From positions 1 to 55,283 of the IMG/VR virus record IMGVR_UViG_3300012924_000011: 55,283 nt of DNA; one strand, given 5' to 3'. Source of the stretch: a virus. Its lineage: Duplodnaviria > Caudoviricetes. The stretch's first letter is position 1; each line of letters starts with the position of its first letter. Position numbers and translations under genes: made by a program. Shown piece by piece: positions 19,551 to 28,859 of the stretch. The notes beneath the pieces are model-generated. The model made no database searches, was not told the DNA's origin, and saw nothing but the letters and a program-made list of their open reading frames with translations.

Positions 19551-20630
19551 TCAGTTGCTCCTATTGAACAGTTTTTGAGCACGCTTGTCAGCGCTAGCAC
19601 GCACCAGCTTGACACCGGTGATCGGGCGTTCAGTCAGCGCATCGAAAACAGCTTGCGAGCCGCCCCGGCGCTTGAATTCAGCGGGCGTGATCATGCCCGG
19701 CTTGGTGCAGTCGATCCCGCTCGCTATGGTCAATGCGGTTGATGTTATACCTGCCTTGAAACGTGTGTTGGCATATTGCGTCTCTGCGCCATAGCCGGGG
19801 ATCACCGCGCCGCTCTTCAATCGATATGCTGCCATTTCCTCAAGGGCGGTCAATCTGGACGATAGCGTTGCTTGCGCGGTGCGCAGCGTATCCAGTTCGA
19901 AGGCGACAACATCGTTGGTCAATTCGTCGCTGAATTGCAATGTGGTCGCATCGATCGCATTCATGCTTGCCGCGCGCGCTGCCGGGCAACTGGCGAGCGC
20001 ATGGCATCGGCGGCACCACGCAAGCCCGGTGCGCAACTCATCCGTTGGATTGGAAAGCGTTTGATCGATTTGACGATAGTAATCCATCAACTCGAAATAA
20101 CTGATCCGCCATTCACGAACTTTGCCGTCCGAATGGTGCGGTCGTGGTTGATGAATGCGAAGAACGATGTTGGCAGCGCTGGTACCGCTCGCGATCAATG
20201 TGCCAATGGCATGGGCGATCAACGTCCAATTCATTTCAGGCTCAACAGGTGTCCAACCATATTTGAAATCATCAATGGTCAACGTATCGGTCGTCGGGTC
20301 AAACTTGCGATGATCGCAGCGCGCTCGTACTTCCCATGTCGATCCTGCAAATGACGTATCGACTTCCATTTCGCCGCAGTCGAGCGACATTAAATAATTA
20401 TAGACATGATCCGCCATTTCAGCGGTCATGATCACGCCGTTAGTATGTTTCATGTTGATCAGTGAATTTAGATCAGCGCCATTGAATGCGGTTGTCGCCA
20501 TCCAATGGGCAGCGATGCCTTCATCACGACCGATTTGTTCGATCGTCTCGCGTGGAAACGCTGCCACCATGTTGCGACTACCGTTGCAATTCATCAATCG
20601 TGGCAAATTGTCAGCGGTAATCGTAAGCAT
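19551..20630 (-). CDS. Cas4-like PD-(D/E)xK exonuclease (DUF2800-like)
   Basis: C.GS, EG..AH, D...DDFKYG, IHQPR, C..C.....CP motifs. Confidence 0.85.
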   Translation of the reverse strand: MLTITADNLPRLMNCNGSRNMVAAFPRETIEQIGRDEGIAAHWMATTAFNGADLNSLINMKHTNGVIMTAEMADHVYNYLMSLDCGEMEVDTSFAGSTWEVRARCDHRKFDPTTDTLTIDDFKYGWTPVEPEMNWTLIAHAIGTLIASGTSAANIVLRIHQPRPHHSDGKVREWRISYFELMDYYRQIDQTLSNPTDELRTGLAWCRRCHALASCPAARAASMNAIDATTLQFSDELTNDVVAFELDTLRTAQATLSSRLTALEEMAAYRLKSGAVIPGYGAETQYANTRFKAGITSTALTIASGIDCTKPGMITPAEFKRRGGSQAVFDALTERPITGVKLVRASADKRAQKLFNRSN

Positions 20631-20791
20631 GATTGGTTCACCCGGCACGGTTCGAACGTGCGTTTCAACAGTCAAAGGGTCGCGTCCTACCTGCTAGACG
20701 ACAGGTGAAAAGTGCCGGTATCATCCACGCCACCGGCAAGACGTAGCAGATCAGCGCATACGGGGAGAGGATCGCATGCGCTGATCGGATA

Positions 20792-21592
20792 TCAGCCCCA
20801 ACGACCATCACGCTGCATCAATTGCGCAGCATAGGTGATCATTTGCGGATTGTTCGCGATGTCAGTGATTGCGGACAGCGGGCCGAAACCGTGCGGTGCG
20901 AATGCATCGCTGATTTCCTTCGTGATGCCCGCCAGATAATCAGCGTGAACCAACGGCGCACCAGCACCGTCGCGCTTCGACATTTGTCCGGAAAGATGCT
21001 GCATGAATTGCGCAAAATCGAGCGTGCCGGTTGCCTGCGCAACCGTGGCGACGGTTGCGGGATCGGGCTGTTGCATGATCGGCTCGGGCGCAGGCATCAT
21101 CGGGATCGGCGCGGGCATGGGCTGCGGCATCATTGCGACCGGGGCGGCCATTACCGGCATGGGCTGCGGCTGCATCGGTTGCGCAATCGGCATCGGAACG
21201 GGCTGCATCACCGGCATGGGCGCTGGCATTTGCATCGGGACGGGCTGAACGACGCTCGCGCGCAACTGCGCCTCGATCGCTGCCAGTTCTTCGCCCTTCG
21301 GGCCACCGCGCTTGCCGGTCCATGTGCCATCGGCCTTGACGGTCTTGGTGCTGGCATGGATACGTTCGTCCCACGGCAGGCCGCCACTATCGATCGCAGG
21401 TGCATTGACGTTCACCGGGCCGCCATCATCGTCACCGTCGCCACCAGCGCCGGGCATGGGCATCATCGGGACGGGCGGGGCGTTCGGCATCGGGGGCGTG
21501 AAGCCCGCGCTTGCGCCATCGGGCAAACTGGCAAGCACCATCGCAAGGACCGATGCGCTTCCCTTGATCGTCAAGGTCAATTCCATAATCAT
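20792..21592 (-). CDS. Hypothetical replication-module protein with Pro/Met/Gln-rich regions
   Basis: D..GLPWDERIHAS.K....DG.W..KRG core; AGGAG SD. Confidence 0.75.
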   Translation of the reverse strand: MIMELTLTIKGSASVLAMVLASLPDGASAGFTPPMPNAPPVPMMPMPGAGGDGDDDGGPVNVNAPAIDSGGLPWDERIHASTKTVKADGTWTGKRGGPKGEELAAIEAQLRASVVQPVPMQMPAPMPVMQPVPMPIAQPMQPQPMPVMAAPVAMMPQPMPAPIPMMPAPEPIMQQPDPATVATVAQATGTLDFAQFMQHLSGQMSKRDGAGAPLVHADYLAGITKEISDAFAPHGFGPLSAITDIANNPQMITYAAQLMQRDGRWG

Positions 21593-21623
21593 ACTCCTAC
21601 CGGGGTGAAAAATCGGTGATTAT

Positions 21624-21652
21624 GTGCTAGACGCTTGGAATGGGATATGCAA
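21624..21652 (-). promoter_or_regulatory. Putative promoter of the replication operon
   Basis: TTGCAT-17 nt-TAGCAC on the minus strand, back to back with TTGACA at 21661 on the plus strand. Confidence 0.45.
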
Positions 21653-21695
21653 ACGAAAATTTGACATAGCGGCTAATTTTTGGGACAGACCAGAT

Positions 21696-22319
21696 ATGAC
21701 AGATTTCACCATTCCATGCGACACGATCGCTCGTTTGTCGCGTATCCTCACCGTCGAAAGCACTGAGCCAACCATATGGTTCCGTTCGATCCGCATTGAT
21801 CACGGTATCGCGCTCGCGACAAACCGTGTGGTAATGGCGGTGGAAAAGATCAACAGCGATACGAATGATGGTGTGATCCATATCATCGCTGATCAAGCGC
21901 TTATCACGCAGTGCGCTAGCGAAGCGCCATTCAAAAGCATGTTGACGATTACGGTGAATGAATTACTGCAATATGCTGTCGCTAAAACGACGCTCGGTTA
22001 CGTTCATCCCGGTAATTGCGTCGTGTGGTCCAATGAACCCAATGATTTCGATCGTTGGCGTTCGATAATCGATTTGACCCGCGAACCGGCAATAAAGCCG
22101 TCTGGTGGTATGTATTGGAGCGCAGAAAATATCGCGAACCTTGCCGCCGCCAGCCCATCCGGTCGATTGGTGTTCGAAGAAATTATTGATTGCACCGGCG
22201 CACGACCGACTATTGTTCGAGACGTGAACGATTATGAATGGTTCGGTATCTTCCAACCGTTCACGCGCGGCGATGGTTCATATAGCCCGGCAACCTTACC
22301 ATCATGGATGACGCGATGA
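21696..22319 (+). CDS. Hypothetical protein, weakly beta-clamp-like
   Basis: First gene of the + operon; ALATNRVVMAV resembles the clamp AVATDGHRLA strand; function uncertain. Confidence 0.5.
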   Translation: MTDFTIPCDTIARLSRILTVESTEPTIWFRSIRIDHGIALATNRVVMAVEKINSDTNDGVIHIIADQALITQCASEAPFKSMLTITVNELLQYAVAKTTLGYVHPGNCVVWSNEPNDFDRWRSIIDLTREPAIKPSGGMYWSAENIANLAAASPSGRLVFEEIIDCTGARPTIVRDVNDYEWFGIFQPFTRGDGSYSPATLPSWMTR

Positions 22320-22735
22320 TCCCGATTGTGTGCCAAACAAAGCATGATCCTGATGCCGGGACGTATGGTGATTGCATGCGTGCTTGTATCGCATCGATCC
22401 TCGAATTCGCGCCGGATCGGGTGCCGCACTTCATGCACGACAATTGCGATCCGATGGAAGCCAATCAACGAATGGTCAAATGGTTGGCGCATTACGGTTA
22501 TGCACCATTCGTGATCAATTGCGGCGGTGAAGATACCTTCGCCGATATTCTCGCTTACATGGGTGAACAAAACCCGACGACATATTACATGGTATTCGGT
22601 CGCACCGAATATGAAGATCATGTTGTTGTCTGCCGTGGCGGTGAATTAGCGCATGATCCGGCTTGGTATTGGTCACCGCTGATCGGTCCCGGTTCAACTG
22701 GTGCATGGGCGATTATGGTAATCGCACGTTCATGA
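22316..22735 (+). CDS. Putative papain-fold (C39-like) cysteine peptidase
   Basis: Q...GDC.RAC.AS.L, H-V-V-V and HDP in the Cys-His-Asp order of C39 peptidases. Confidence 0.55.
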   Translation: MIPIVCQTKHDPDAGTYGDCMRACIASILEFAPDRVPHFMHDNCDPMEANQRMVKWLAHYGYAPFVINCGGEDTFADILAYMGEQNPTTYYMVFGRTEYEDHVVVCRGGELAHDPAWYWSPLIGPGSTGAWAIMVIARS

Positions 22736-24384
22736 TCCTTCGGCCCGATCAGGATGACTTAGACCGCCAGATTGAAGCATCGATTGCGGCGGGCAATCGG
22801 AACGTGTTGGCAGTGTTGCCAACGGGCGGCGGTAAATCTGTGATCATGTCGCATCGCGTGTTGCGCAAGCATCTAATGGGCACCGTTCAGGTGGTCGGTG
22901 CGCATCGTGTCGAGTTGGTCGGGCAAATGTCGATGCACATTGCCGGGCGCGGTATCCCACATAGGATCATAGCCCCCAAGAATATCGTTTCGCAAATCGT
23001 TGCCGAACATCGCGCTAATTTCAATGGTAAATCGTTCATCAATCCAGATAGCATTTGCGCGGTCGCTGCGGTTCAGACATGTAATGCGCGCATTAGTGAA
23101 TTACGTAGTTGGGCCGGTCAAGTCGAACGCTGGAAACTTGATGAAGCGCACCACGCCTTGAAGTTGAACCAATGGGGCAATTGGACTGGTATGTTCGCCA
23201 ATGCGTTCGGCGAAGGTTATACTGCCTCGCCTCAACGTGCGGACGGTGCGGGACTAGGTCGTCATCATGATGGTGTTTTTGATGATATGGTGATCGGCCC
23301 GACGATGCGCGAGTTGATCGATATGGGCGCACTGTCCGATTATCAAATCGTGTGCCCGACCAGTGACCTTGATATGGATGAAGGCGACGTTGCGCCATCG
23401 GGTGATTACAGCCCGAAAAAGATGCGCGAGAAGGCCAAGAAATCGCATATCGTCGGCGACGTTGTTCAGGAATATATTCGTTGGGCATATGGTAAGCGAA
23501 CAATCGTGTTTGCGACCGACGTTGATACGGCCAGTAAGATCGCTTTAGGATTTAACGAAATCGGCATCACTGCCGTTGCATTGGATGGCACAAGCGATCC
23601 AACTTATCGTCGCGAAATGATCCGACGTTTCCGACTCGGTCTCATCACCGTGCTTGTCAACGTTGATCTATTCGATGAAGGGTTTGACGTTCCGGCCGTT
23701 GAATGCGTGATCATGGCTCGCCCAACCGCGTCGTTGGCAAAATACCTTCAAATGTTCGGTCGCGCGCTGCGTGTGATGTTCGGCAAGCTTTATGGTTTGA
23801 TCATCGATATGGTCAGCAATTGGAAGCGCCACGGTTTGCCCGACAAACCGCATAATTGGATACTGGATCGCCGCGACAAGCGAGGCAAGAGCGCGCCCGA
23901 TCCCGAAGATATCCCGTTGACCGCGTGCCGATCATGCAGCCGTCCATATGAACGCTTCCACATTTGCTGCCCATATTGCGGCGCGATGCCGCCCCTACCC
24001 GATCCTGCTAGCCGCACGCTGCTACAGATCGACGGTGACTTGATGCTGCTCGATACCGCCCGGCTAGCCGCGATGCGCGCCGCGACGGTGCTGGAAAGCC
24101 CGGCAAGCGCTGCGATGCGTGCCGGGATGGCAGCGGGGCCTGCGGCGGGTGCTGGCATGGCCAATCGTCAAATGGAAAAACACCAAGCGCAACAGCGCTT
24201 GAAAGATGCCTTTGCGCAATATGCAGGCATTCAACGTTTCAAAGGTCGTGACGATCGCGAGACGCACAAGCGAATATATTTCGGGTTAGGACAAATGACA
24301 ATGTTGGACGCTTTGAGCGTTGAACGGTCGCGCGCTGACTATGAAGTGCTAGCGGCCAAGGTCGAAGGGTGGTGCGTGTTATGA
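22732..24384 (+). CDS. Superfamily 2 helicase with C-terminal Zn finger
   Basis: PTGGGKS, DEAHH, TASP.R.DG, LFDEGFDVP, QMFGRALR; C..C...C..C. Confidence 0.95.
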   Translation: MILRPDQDDLDRQIEASIAAGNRNVLAVLPTGGGKSVIMSHRVLRKHLMGTVQVVGAHRVELVGQMSMHIAGRGIPHRIIAPKNIVSQIVAEHRANFNGKSFINPDSICAVAAVQTCNARISELRSWAGQVERWKLDEAHHALKLNQWGNWTGMFANAFGEGYTASPQRADGAGLGRHHDGVFDDMVIGPTMRELIDMGALSDYQIVCPTSDLDMDEGDVAPSGDYSPKKMREKAKKSHIVGDVVQEYIRWAYGKRTIVFATDVDTASKIALGFNEIGITAVALDGTSDPTYRREMIRRFRLGLITVLVNVDLFDEGFDVPAVECVIMARPTASLAKYLQMFGRALRVMFGKLYGLIIDMVSNWKRHGLPDKPHNWILDRRDKRGKSAPDPEDIPLTACRSCSRPYERFHICCPYCGAMPPLPDPASRTLLQIDGDLMLLDTARLAAMRAATVLESPASAAMRAGMAAGPAAGAGMANRQMEKHQAQQRLKDAFAQYAGIQRFKGRDDRETHKRIYFGLGQMTMLDALSVERSRADYEVLAAKVEGWCVL

Positions 24385-24749
24385 CCGTCTATGTTGACGA
24401 TATGAGTGCTCCATTTGGTCGAACGATCATGTGTCATTGTTGGGCAGATACGCGCGATGAATTGTTCGCAATGATGCGAGTGATCGGTGTGCAATTGAAG
24501 TGGTTTCAACGACCCGATGGTGATTGTGAATTCGGTATGTCGGCTAGTTGGGAACATTTTGACATTGCGTGGTCGAAGCGAGCGCTTGCGGTAAAAGCCG
24601 GTGCGGTTGAAGTTAGTCAATTCATCATGGCTGAACACGCCAATAAACAGAATTTCAAGAAAGCGGTGCAAAGATCACAATGGGAAACTGCCGCTAGATG
24701 TTTAAGGTTGATGTCATTGGCCGCACAATGTGAAGAGCGACGCCGATGA
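24381..24749 (+). CDS. DUF4031-like protein
   Basis: MTVYVDD......MCH..AD..DEL..M...IG....WFQ...HFDI...KR..A...GA. Confidence 0.8.
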   Translation: MTVYVDDMSAPFGRTIMCHCWADTRDELFAMMRVIGVQLKWFQRPDGDCEFGMSASWEHFDIAWSKRALAVKAGAVEVSQFIMAEHANKQNFKKAVQRSQWETAARCLRLMSLAAQCEERRR

Positions 24750-25090
24750 CCAACGTATTCGTCTTTGGATCGAACCTAGCCGGGCGGCATGGTAAGGGAT
24801 CAGCGCTTGAAGCGCGGTTGAACCATGGCGCGATTACCGGGATCGGTTGGGGGCGGCAAGGTAACAGCTATGCGATCCCGACAAAGGATTTCGTGATGCA
24901 GCGATTGCCATTGTCGATGATCGAATATTTCGTTGACGTGTTCCTCGATCATGCCCGTGCAAATCCCGGCGATCACTTTCAAGTCGTCCCGATTGGTTGC
25001 GGGCTTGCCGGTTACAAGTCGAAACAGATTGCGCCGTTCTTCGATTATTGCCCGAAGAATATTCAACTACCGTTGCAATTTATATATTGA
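24746..25090 (+). CDS. Macro-domain-like phage protein
   Basis: VFVFGSNLAGRHG.G.A...G.QG.SYAIPT...IGCGLAGY. Confidence 0.75.
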   Translation: MTNVFVFGSNLAGRHGKGSALEARLNHGAITGIGWGRQGNSYAIPTKDFVMQRLPLSMIEYFVDVFLDHARANPGDHFQVVPIGCGLAGYKSKQIAPFFDYCPKNIQLPLQFIY

Positions 25091-25098
25091 AAGGACGA

Positions 25099-25584
25099 AT
25101 GATGATCATTGCAGGAATTGGCTCACGCGTGACGCCGATGGATGTTCTGATGCAAATCGAACAGGTCGGTATGCAATGCGCCATGCGTGGCATTCGTGGG
25201 CGCAGTGGTGGTGCCGATGGCGCTGATACGGCATTCGCTCGTGGTTATGGTGTGATCAATCCGCTGTTGCTGAAAATCTATCTCGGTAAGGTTGGGCATT
25301 ATATCGAGTGGCAACAACACGCGGCGCACTATCATCCCAATTGGGCAGCGTGTGACGAGAACGCGCGTAAGCTTCACGCTCGCAATAGCGCGATCATGCT
25401 TGGTGATAGCCCGATTAGCGCGCCTGAGCCGGTTGGCGCGGTCGTGTGTTGGACGGAAGGCGCGGCGATCAAAGGCGGCACCGGGCAATCATTGCGTGTC
25501 GCTGCGGCCTATAATATCCCGGTGTTCAATCTTGCCATTGCCGGTGCGGTTGCTAGCTTTTGGAGTTGGATCGATGGCAAGTGA
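25099..25584 (+). CDS. SLOG/DprA-like nucleotide-binding protein
   Basis: AGIGSR.TP...RSGGA.GAD.AF...ARN....LG...GGTGQ..R.A....IPVFNL. Confidence 0.8.
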   Translation: MMIIAGIGSRVTPMDVLMQIEQVGMQCAMRGIRGRSGGADGADTAFARGYGVINPLLLKIYLGKVGHYIEWQQHAAHYHPNWAACDENARKLHARNSAIMLGDSPISAPEPVGAVVCWTEGAAIKGGTGQSLRVAAAYNIPVFNLAIAGAVASFWSWIDGK

Positions 25585-25969
25585 AAGCGTCGTTTCGCAA
25601 GGCGCTCGGCTGGCAATGGCACAGCTTGGTGGACTGCCCATGCGCAATAATGTTGGTGTCACCGTCGATGAAACCGGGCGGCATATTCGCTATGGGTTGA
25701 TGAACGCGAGCAAACAGGAGAATGATAAATTTAAATCGTCCGATATCATCGGGCCAGTCCCGATCATCATTCAATCGCACCACGTTGGCAAATTGCTAGG
25801 TGTCATGTCGGTATTCGAAGCAAAACACTCAGGATGGCACATGACACCCGGTGATGCTCGCGCCGCAGCGCAGTTGCGTTTTATCGAATTAATGCGTAGC
25901 GTCGGCGCTATCGGGGGCTTCGTCACCGATCCTGCCCAAGTTGCTCAATACGTGGATGCGTTTCGATGA
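25574..25969 (+). CDS. VRR-NUC-like nuclease
   Basis: SE..V...RNNVG......R.IRYGL...SSDIIG...E.K......Q..F........G..GF. Confidence 0.8.
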   Translation: MASESVVSQGARLAMAQLGGLPMRNNVGVTVDETGRHIRYGLMNASKQENDKFKSSDIIGPVPIIIQSHHVGKLLGVMSVFEAKHSGWHMTPGDARAAAQLRFIELMRSVGAIGGFVTDPAQVAQYVDAFR

Positions 25970-26265
25970 CCGATTTGACACATGGCCAGCGCACACGCGC
26001 AACGATCCTCACGACCGGGCTGGTGCTTTGGCGTGACGATCCGGCGACGGTCAGCGCGCGCAAGATCGGGCAACGGCTCGGCATGACACATGGTGCGATC
26101 CTGCATTATTTCGCCAATGCAGCCGCCATGCGCGATGCCATCGCCGCCGAAGCGATCAGGACGGGCGATGCCGTCGTTGTGCCCATGTTGATCGCTACTC
26201 GCCATCCCGCCGCCGCCACGCTGTCAAGCGGTGATCGGCGGCGGTATATGGCGGCGGGTTGTTAG
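25966..26265 (+). CDS. TetR-like helix-turn-helix protein
   Basis: R..IL..G..L......VSARKIG.RLG.T.GAI..YF. Confidence 0.7.
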   Translation: MTDLTHGQRTRATILTTGLVLWRDDPATVSARKIGQRLGMTHGAILHYFANAAAMRDAIAAEAIRTGDAVVVPMLIATRHPAAATLSSGDRRRYMAAGC

Positions 26266-26453
26266 TCGCCGCGTTCAAGCGAACGCTTCAAGGCGTCAAC
26301 GTCGGTAAATAGCTCGCTGCGGCAACCGGCATTGGCACGATAGAAAAACCGTCCGATGTTATCTTTTTCGATCTTACCGAACGTGCGGCCTTCGAACTTG
26401 ACGATGCAGACAACACTTTTCATGGTGCTGTCATGGTAAGTGATTTTCGACAT
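26262..26453 (-). CDS. Small early hypothetical protein
   Basis: GGAG SD, directly downstream of promoter copy 2. Confidence 0.7.
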   Translation of the reverse strand: MSKITYHDSTMKSVVCIVKFEGRTFGKIEKDNIGRFFYRANAGCRSELFTDVDALKRSLERGD

Positions 26454-26480
26454 ATCGGTCACTCCGTTGTTGGTGTGATC

Positions 26481-26509
26481 GCTCTAATGGTCATTGCGAT
26501 GGTTGTCAA
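26481..26509 (-). promoter_or_regulatory. Repeated early promoter, copy 2
   Basis: TTGACA-accatcgcaatgaccat-TAGAGC. Confidence 0.8.
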
Positions 26510-26512
26510 ACG

Positions 26513-26746
26513 CTAATTGCGATAATATGCTTCAAGCCAATCACCGCACATATTGTCAGCGTAGCGGTTGCGCATGGTGGTCGCATCGCCGATTGCGACG
26601 GGTTGATCATAAATCCATAGCGTGTGCGTGCCATCGTCCGCGCATGTCAGTGTGACCATACCCCGGCACATGCCGACCAAGCGACACGTCCGGTCGATCC
26701 CGATCCGTTTGAACCATGGCGGGCCGTCGTCGCGCTTAGCCGCCAC
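26513..26746 (-). CDS. Hypothetical protein
   Basis: Member of a coupled minus-strand ORF chain. Confidence 0.5.
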   Translation of the reverse strand: MAAKRDDGPPWFKRIGIDRTCRLVGMCRGMVTLTCADDGTHTLWIYDQPVAIGDATTMRNRYADNMCGDWLEAYYRN

Positions 26747-26936
26747 TGATCATGTCGAGCAATATGGTTTCCAATATGATCGCGCGCCATGCTGGCATGA
26801 TCCCGCAAGGTGTCATCGTGCTATCCGAAGTGAAATTGCGATCACGGATCGTGCAGACCGCTTTGGCAACTTCAGCAACCGGGCCATGATCTGGAACCGC
26901 CATTGTAGCGTTATATGCTTCACTCAGAATGTTCAC
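26736..26936 (-). CDS. Hypothetical protein
   Basis: GTG start overlapping the upstream stop (GTGA); GAGG SD. Confidence 0.5.
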   Translation of the reverse strand: MNILSEAYNATMAVPDHGPVAEVAKAVCTIRDRNFTSDSTMTPCGIMPAWRAIILETILLDMISGG

Positions 26937-27202
26937 GGGTGTTCCTCGCCTTCGCTCACCGGCCAACGTGCGCCGCATGCACAAGCGTATTCGTCGCTTT
27001 CCTGCCGGACGGCGTGTTTCGGTTCGATAAACAACGGCCCCGGTTTATCACGTGTGATCAATTCGGGCATGATCGGCACCAATGGTGTGTCGGTATCGTT
27101 CAATGCCCGTGCGATCCGTTCAGCGGCACCGGTTGATATAGCGTCGGCATAATGATGCCCGTCGCGTAATACCTCTTTGCCTAGGCTGGTGTAAAATAGC
27201 AT
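26933..27202 (-). CDS. Hypothetical protein with C-terminal CAC motif
   Basis: Coupled ORF chain. Confidence 0.55.
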   Translation of the reverse strand: MLFYTSLGKEVLRDGHHYADAISTGAAERIARALNDTDTPLVPIMPELITRDKPGPLFIEPKHAVRQESDEYACACGARWPVSEGEEHP

Positions 27203-27204
27203 AG

Positions 27205-27459
27205 TCAACCCTTTCGCCATGCACCATCATTGAGTTGTCGCCATATGCGCATTTTGTTGGCGGTTTGCCGGGCTTCGATGACTTGCGTCATATCCGAAGT
27301 TGGTCGCTTGCCCCACGAAATCTCATCTTCGCGATCGTCTGCCCAACGCTCAACCAATTCGGGCGCTTTTGGATCGCGCGCGAGCAAGACGAACATTGGC
27401 TCTTCATCAAGCGCTTTGGCAAAGCATCCGTCACGCAATTCGGTTAGTTTCGTGCCCAT
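27205..27459 (-). CDS. Conserved phage hypothetical protein
   Basis: A...EPMFVLLARDP.AP.LV..WA motif; GGAG SD. Confidence 0.75.
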   Translation of the reverse strand: MGTKLTELRDGCFAKALDEEPMFVLLARDPKAPELVERWADDREDEISWGKRPTSDMTQVIEARQTANKMRIWRQLNDGAWRKG

Positions 27460-27461
27460 GA

Positions 27462-27746
27462 TTAATTCACTCCCAATGCGTTCAACACGCGCCAATCATC
27501 GTCATTCGGCAAATGATCAACGATATAATAGCGAATGCCCATGATGATAAGTGGACTAAGCGGGCGTTCGCGTTTATGTCGGTGTTGGTAGTTATACGAT
27601 TGAATGAGTTCAGCCATACTATGGTATGTTATTTCAACAGTGATGATATTGCGCGCCTGTTCACCGCTCAACCATTTGCCGTGTTCGGAAATTTGCAACG
27701 ACGCCAAAGCGTCCATTGCAGCGATAACTGCCGGGTGGCTTTTCAA
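27462..27746 (-). CDS. Hypothetical protein
   Basis: TTG start overlapping the upstream stop; AAGGA SD. Confidence 0.5.
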   Translation of the reverse strand: MKSHPAVIAAMDALASLQISEHGKWLSGEQARNIITVEITYHSMAELIQSYNYQHRHKRERPLSPLIIMGIRYYIVDHLPNDDDWRVLNALGVN

Positions 27747-27940
27747 TCGATGTCCTTCACGATGGTCAGAGTGGTGATCTCGACAATACGCACGTGCGTT
27801 CCCTTGCTCGCAAGGTCATCGCGTAAGCGCTTTGCGGCGTCGACGCTGTCAGCGGTTTGCACCGTCCGACCACCGACGCTGATCACATGATATTCCAGCT
27901 TGGGAAACATCATGTCCGGTTCGATTTCAATTTTCATCAT
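27743..27940 (-). CDS. Hypothetical protein
   Basis: ATGA coupling. Confidence 0.55.
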   Translation of the reverse strand: MMKIEIEPDMMFPKLEYHVISVGGRTVQTADSVDAAKRLRDDLASKGTHVRIVEITTLTIVKDID

Positions 27941-28134
27941 TCCATCCCCGTCATGCGCCGGACCTGTTCGGTTTGAAGCGTAACCTTCAACCGTTCAGCA
28001 TCGGTCATCTTATCGAGGATCGGGCGGCTGATCCGTTCGGTGATGATCGCGGTAAATGCGAACCAGCCACTGAAAAGCGCGATGCACAAGGCACCGCCGA
28101 TCATGTCAATCATTCGAACAACTCCCGTTTCCAT
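27937..28134 (-). CDS. Small membrane protein
   Basis: One hydrophobic segment; coupled chain. Confidence 0.5.
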   Translation of the reverse strand: METGVVRMIDMIGGALCIALFSGWFAFTAIITERISRPILDKMTDAERLKVTLQTEQVRRMTGME

Positions 28135-28376
28135 TGGTCAAGATCATCCTCCCATGTGCCCATGGCGGTGATACGGATCAATTCCTTATTGCGGACAAAG
28201 GTAAAATTGAGTTTGCGACCGTCGCGGCCCAAACTGATCAACGCGGCGCGGTTGGCAAATCGCAGTTCGATACCTGCAAGGTGTTCGGTCGCTGTTTCGA
28301 GCGCCGCATTAGTCACGTCCAACTGCGCTTGAAGCGTTGTCGCCATGTCGCGCCAGTAGCTTTCACGTTTAAACAT
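28110..28376 (-). CDS. Hypothetical protein
   Basis: Coupled chain; N-terminal coiled coil. Confidence 0.55.
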   Translation of the reverse strand: MFKRESYWRDMATTLQAQLDVTNAALETATEHLAGIELRFANRAALISLGRDGRKLNFTFVRNKELIRITAMGTWEDDLDQWKRELFE

Positions 28377-28542
28377 TCTGCGTATCCAACCATTCGTAAT
28401 AATCCGGCCAGTCGCTTTCAGCGTCGCCGGTGAGCCATGCGGTTAGAAATTCGCGTTCCTGCCCGTCTTGATTCTCATACAGGACCCATGCGATCGCTTG
28501 GTTCGCTGTTCCGTGATCGGTACGTTGCGGCTTAGCCATCAT
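28369..28542 (-). CDS. Small acidic hypothetical protein (not in ORF track)
   Basis: Read manually: MMAKPQRTDHGTANQAIAWV...DWPDYYEWLDTQNV, 57 aa, AAGGA SD. Confidence 0.6.
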   Translation of the reverse strand: MMAKPQRTDHGTANQAIAWVLYENQDGQEREFLTAWLTGDAESDWPDYYEWLDTQNV

Positions 28543-28661
28543 TGGTCATCCTTCTATTCATCGTCGGTTATAATGATCCCACGGCGGGGCGCAAGATTTA
28601 TTTCCGCTTTTTTCACAATCGAGCCTTGACCGGGCCGCACCGGCGCGACTATCCATAGCGC

Positions 28662-28859
28662 ATGTTGTTTCCCGACCCGCAATCTAACCCATTGTTGAAC
28701 CTTACAAAATATGCGAAACGAATGGGTTTGACCACCCGTGCCGTCCGCTATCAGCTTGCGCAAGGCCGATGCCTTGTCGCACCGATAGCCGGTGCACGTC
28801 CGGTCAAATGGCGGGTTTCGGACGTGGAAGCATTCCTTGCGCCGGTTGACGTCAAATGA
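28662..28859 (+). CDS. Excisionase/AlpA-like HTH protein
   Basis: L....YA..MG.T..AV......G.....P......KW..SDVEAFL; preceded by TTGACC...TATCCA. Confidence 0.65.
   Translation: MLFPDPQSNPLLNLTKYAKRMGLTTRAVRYQLAQGRCLVAPIAGARPVKWRVSDVEAFLAPVDVK

Noticed and set aside
25966-28859. Lysogeny module from the TetR-like and excisionase-like HTH genes
   Set aside because: No integrase, CI-like repressor or partition genes were recognised anywhere in the window.
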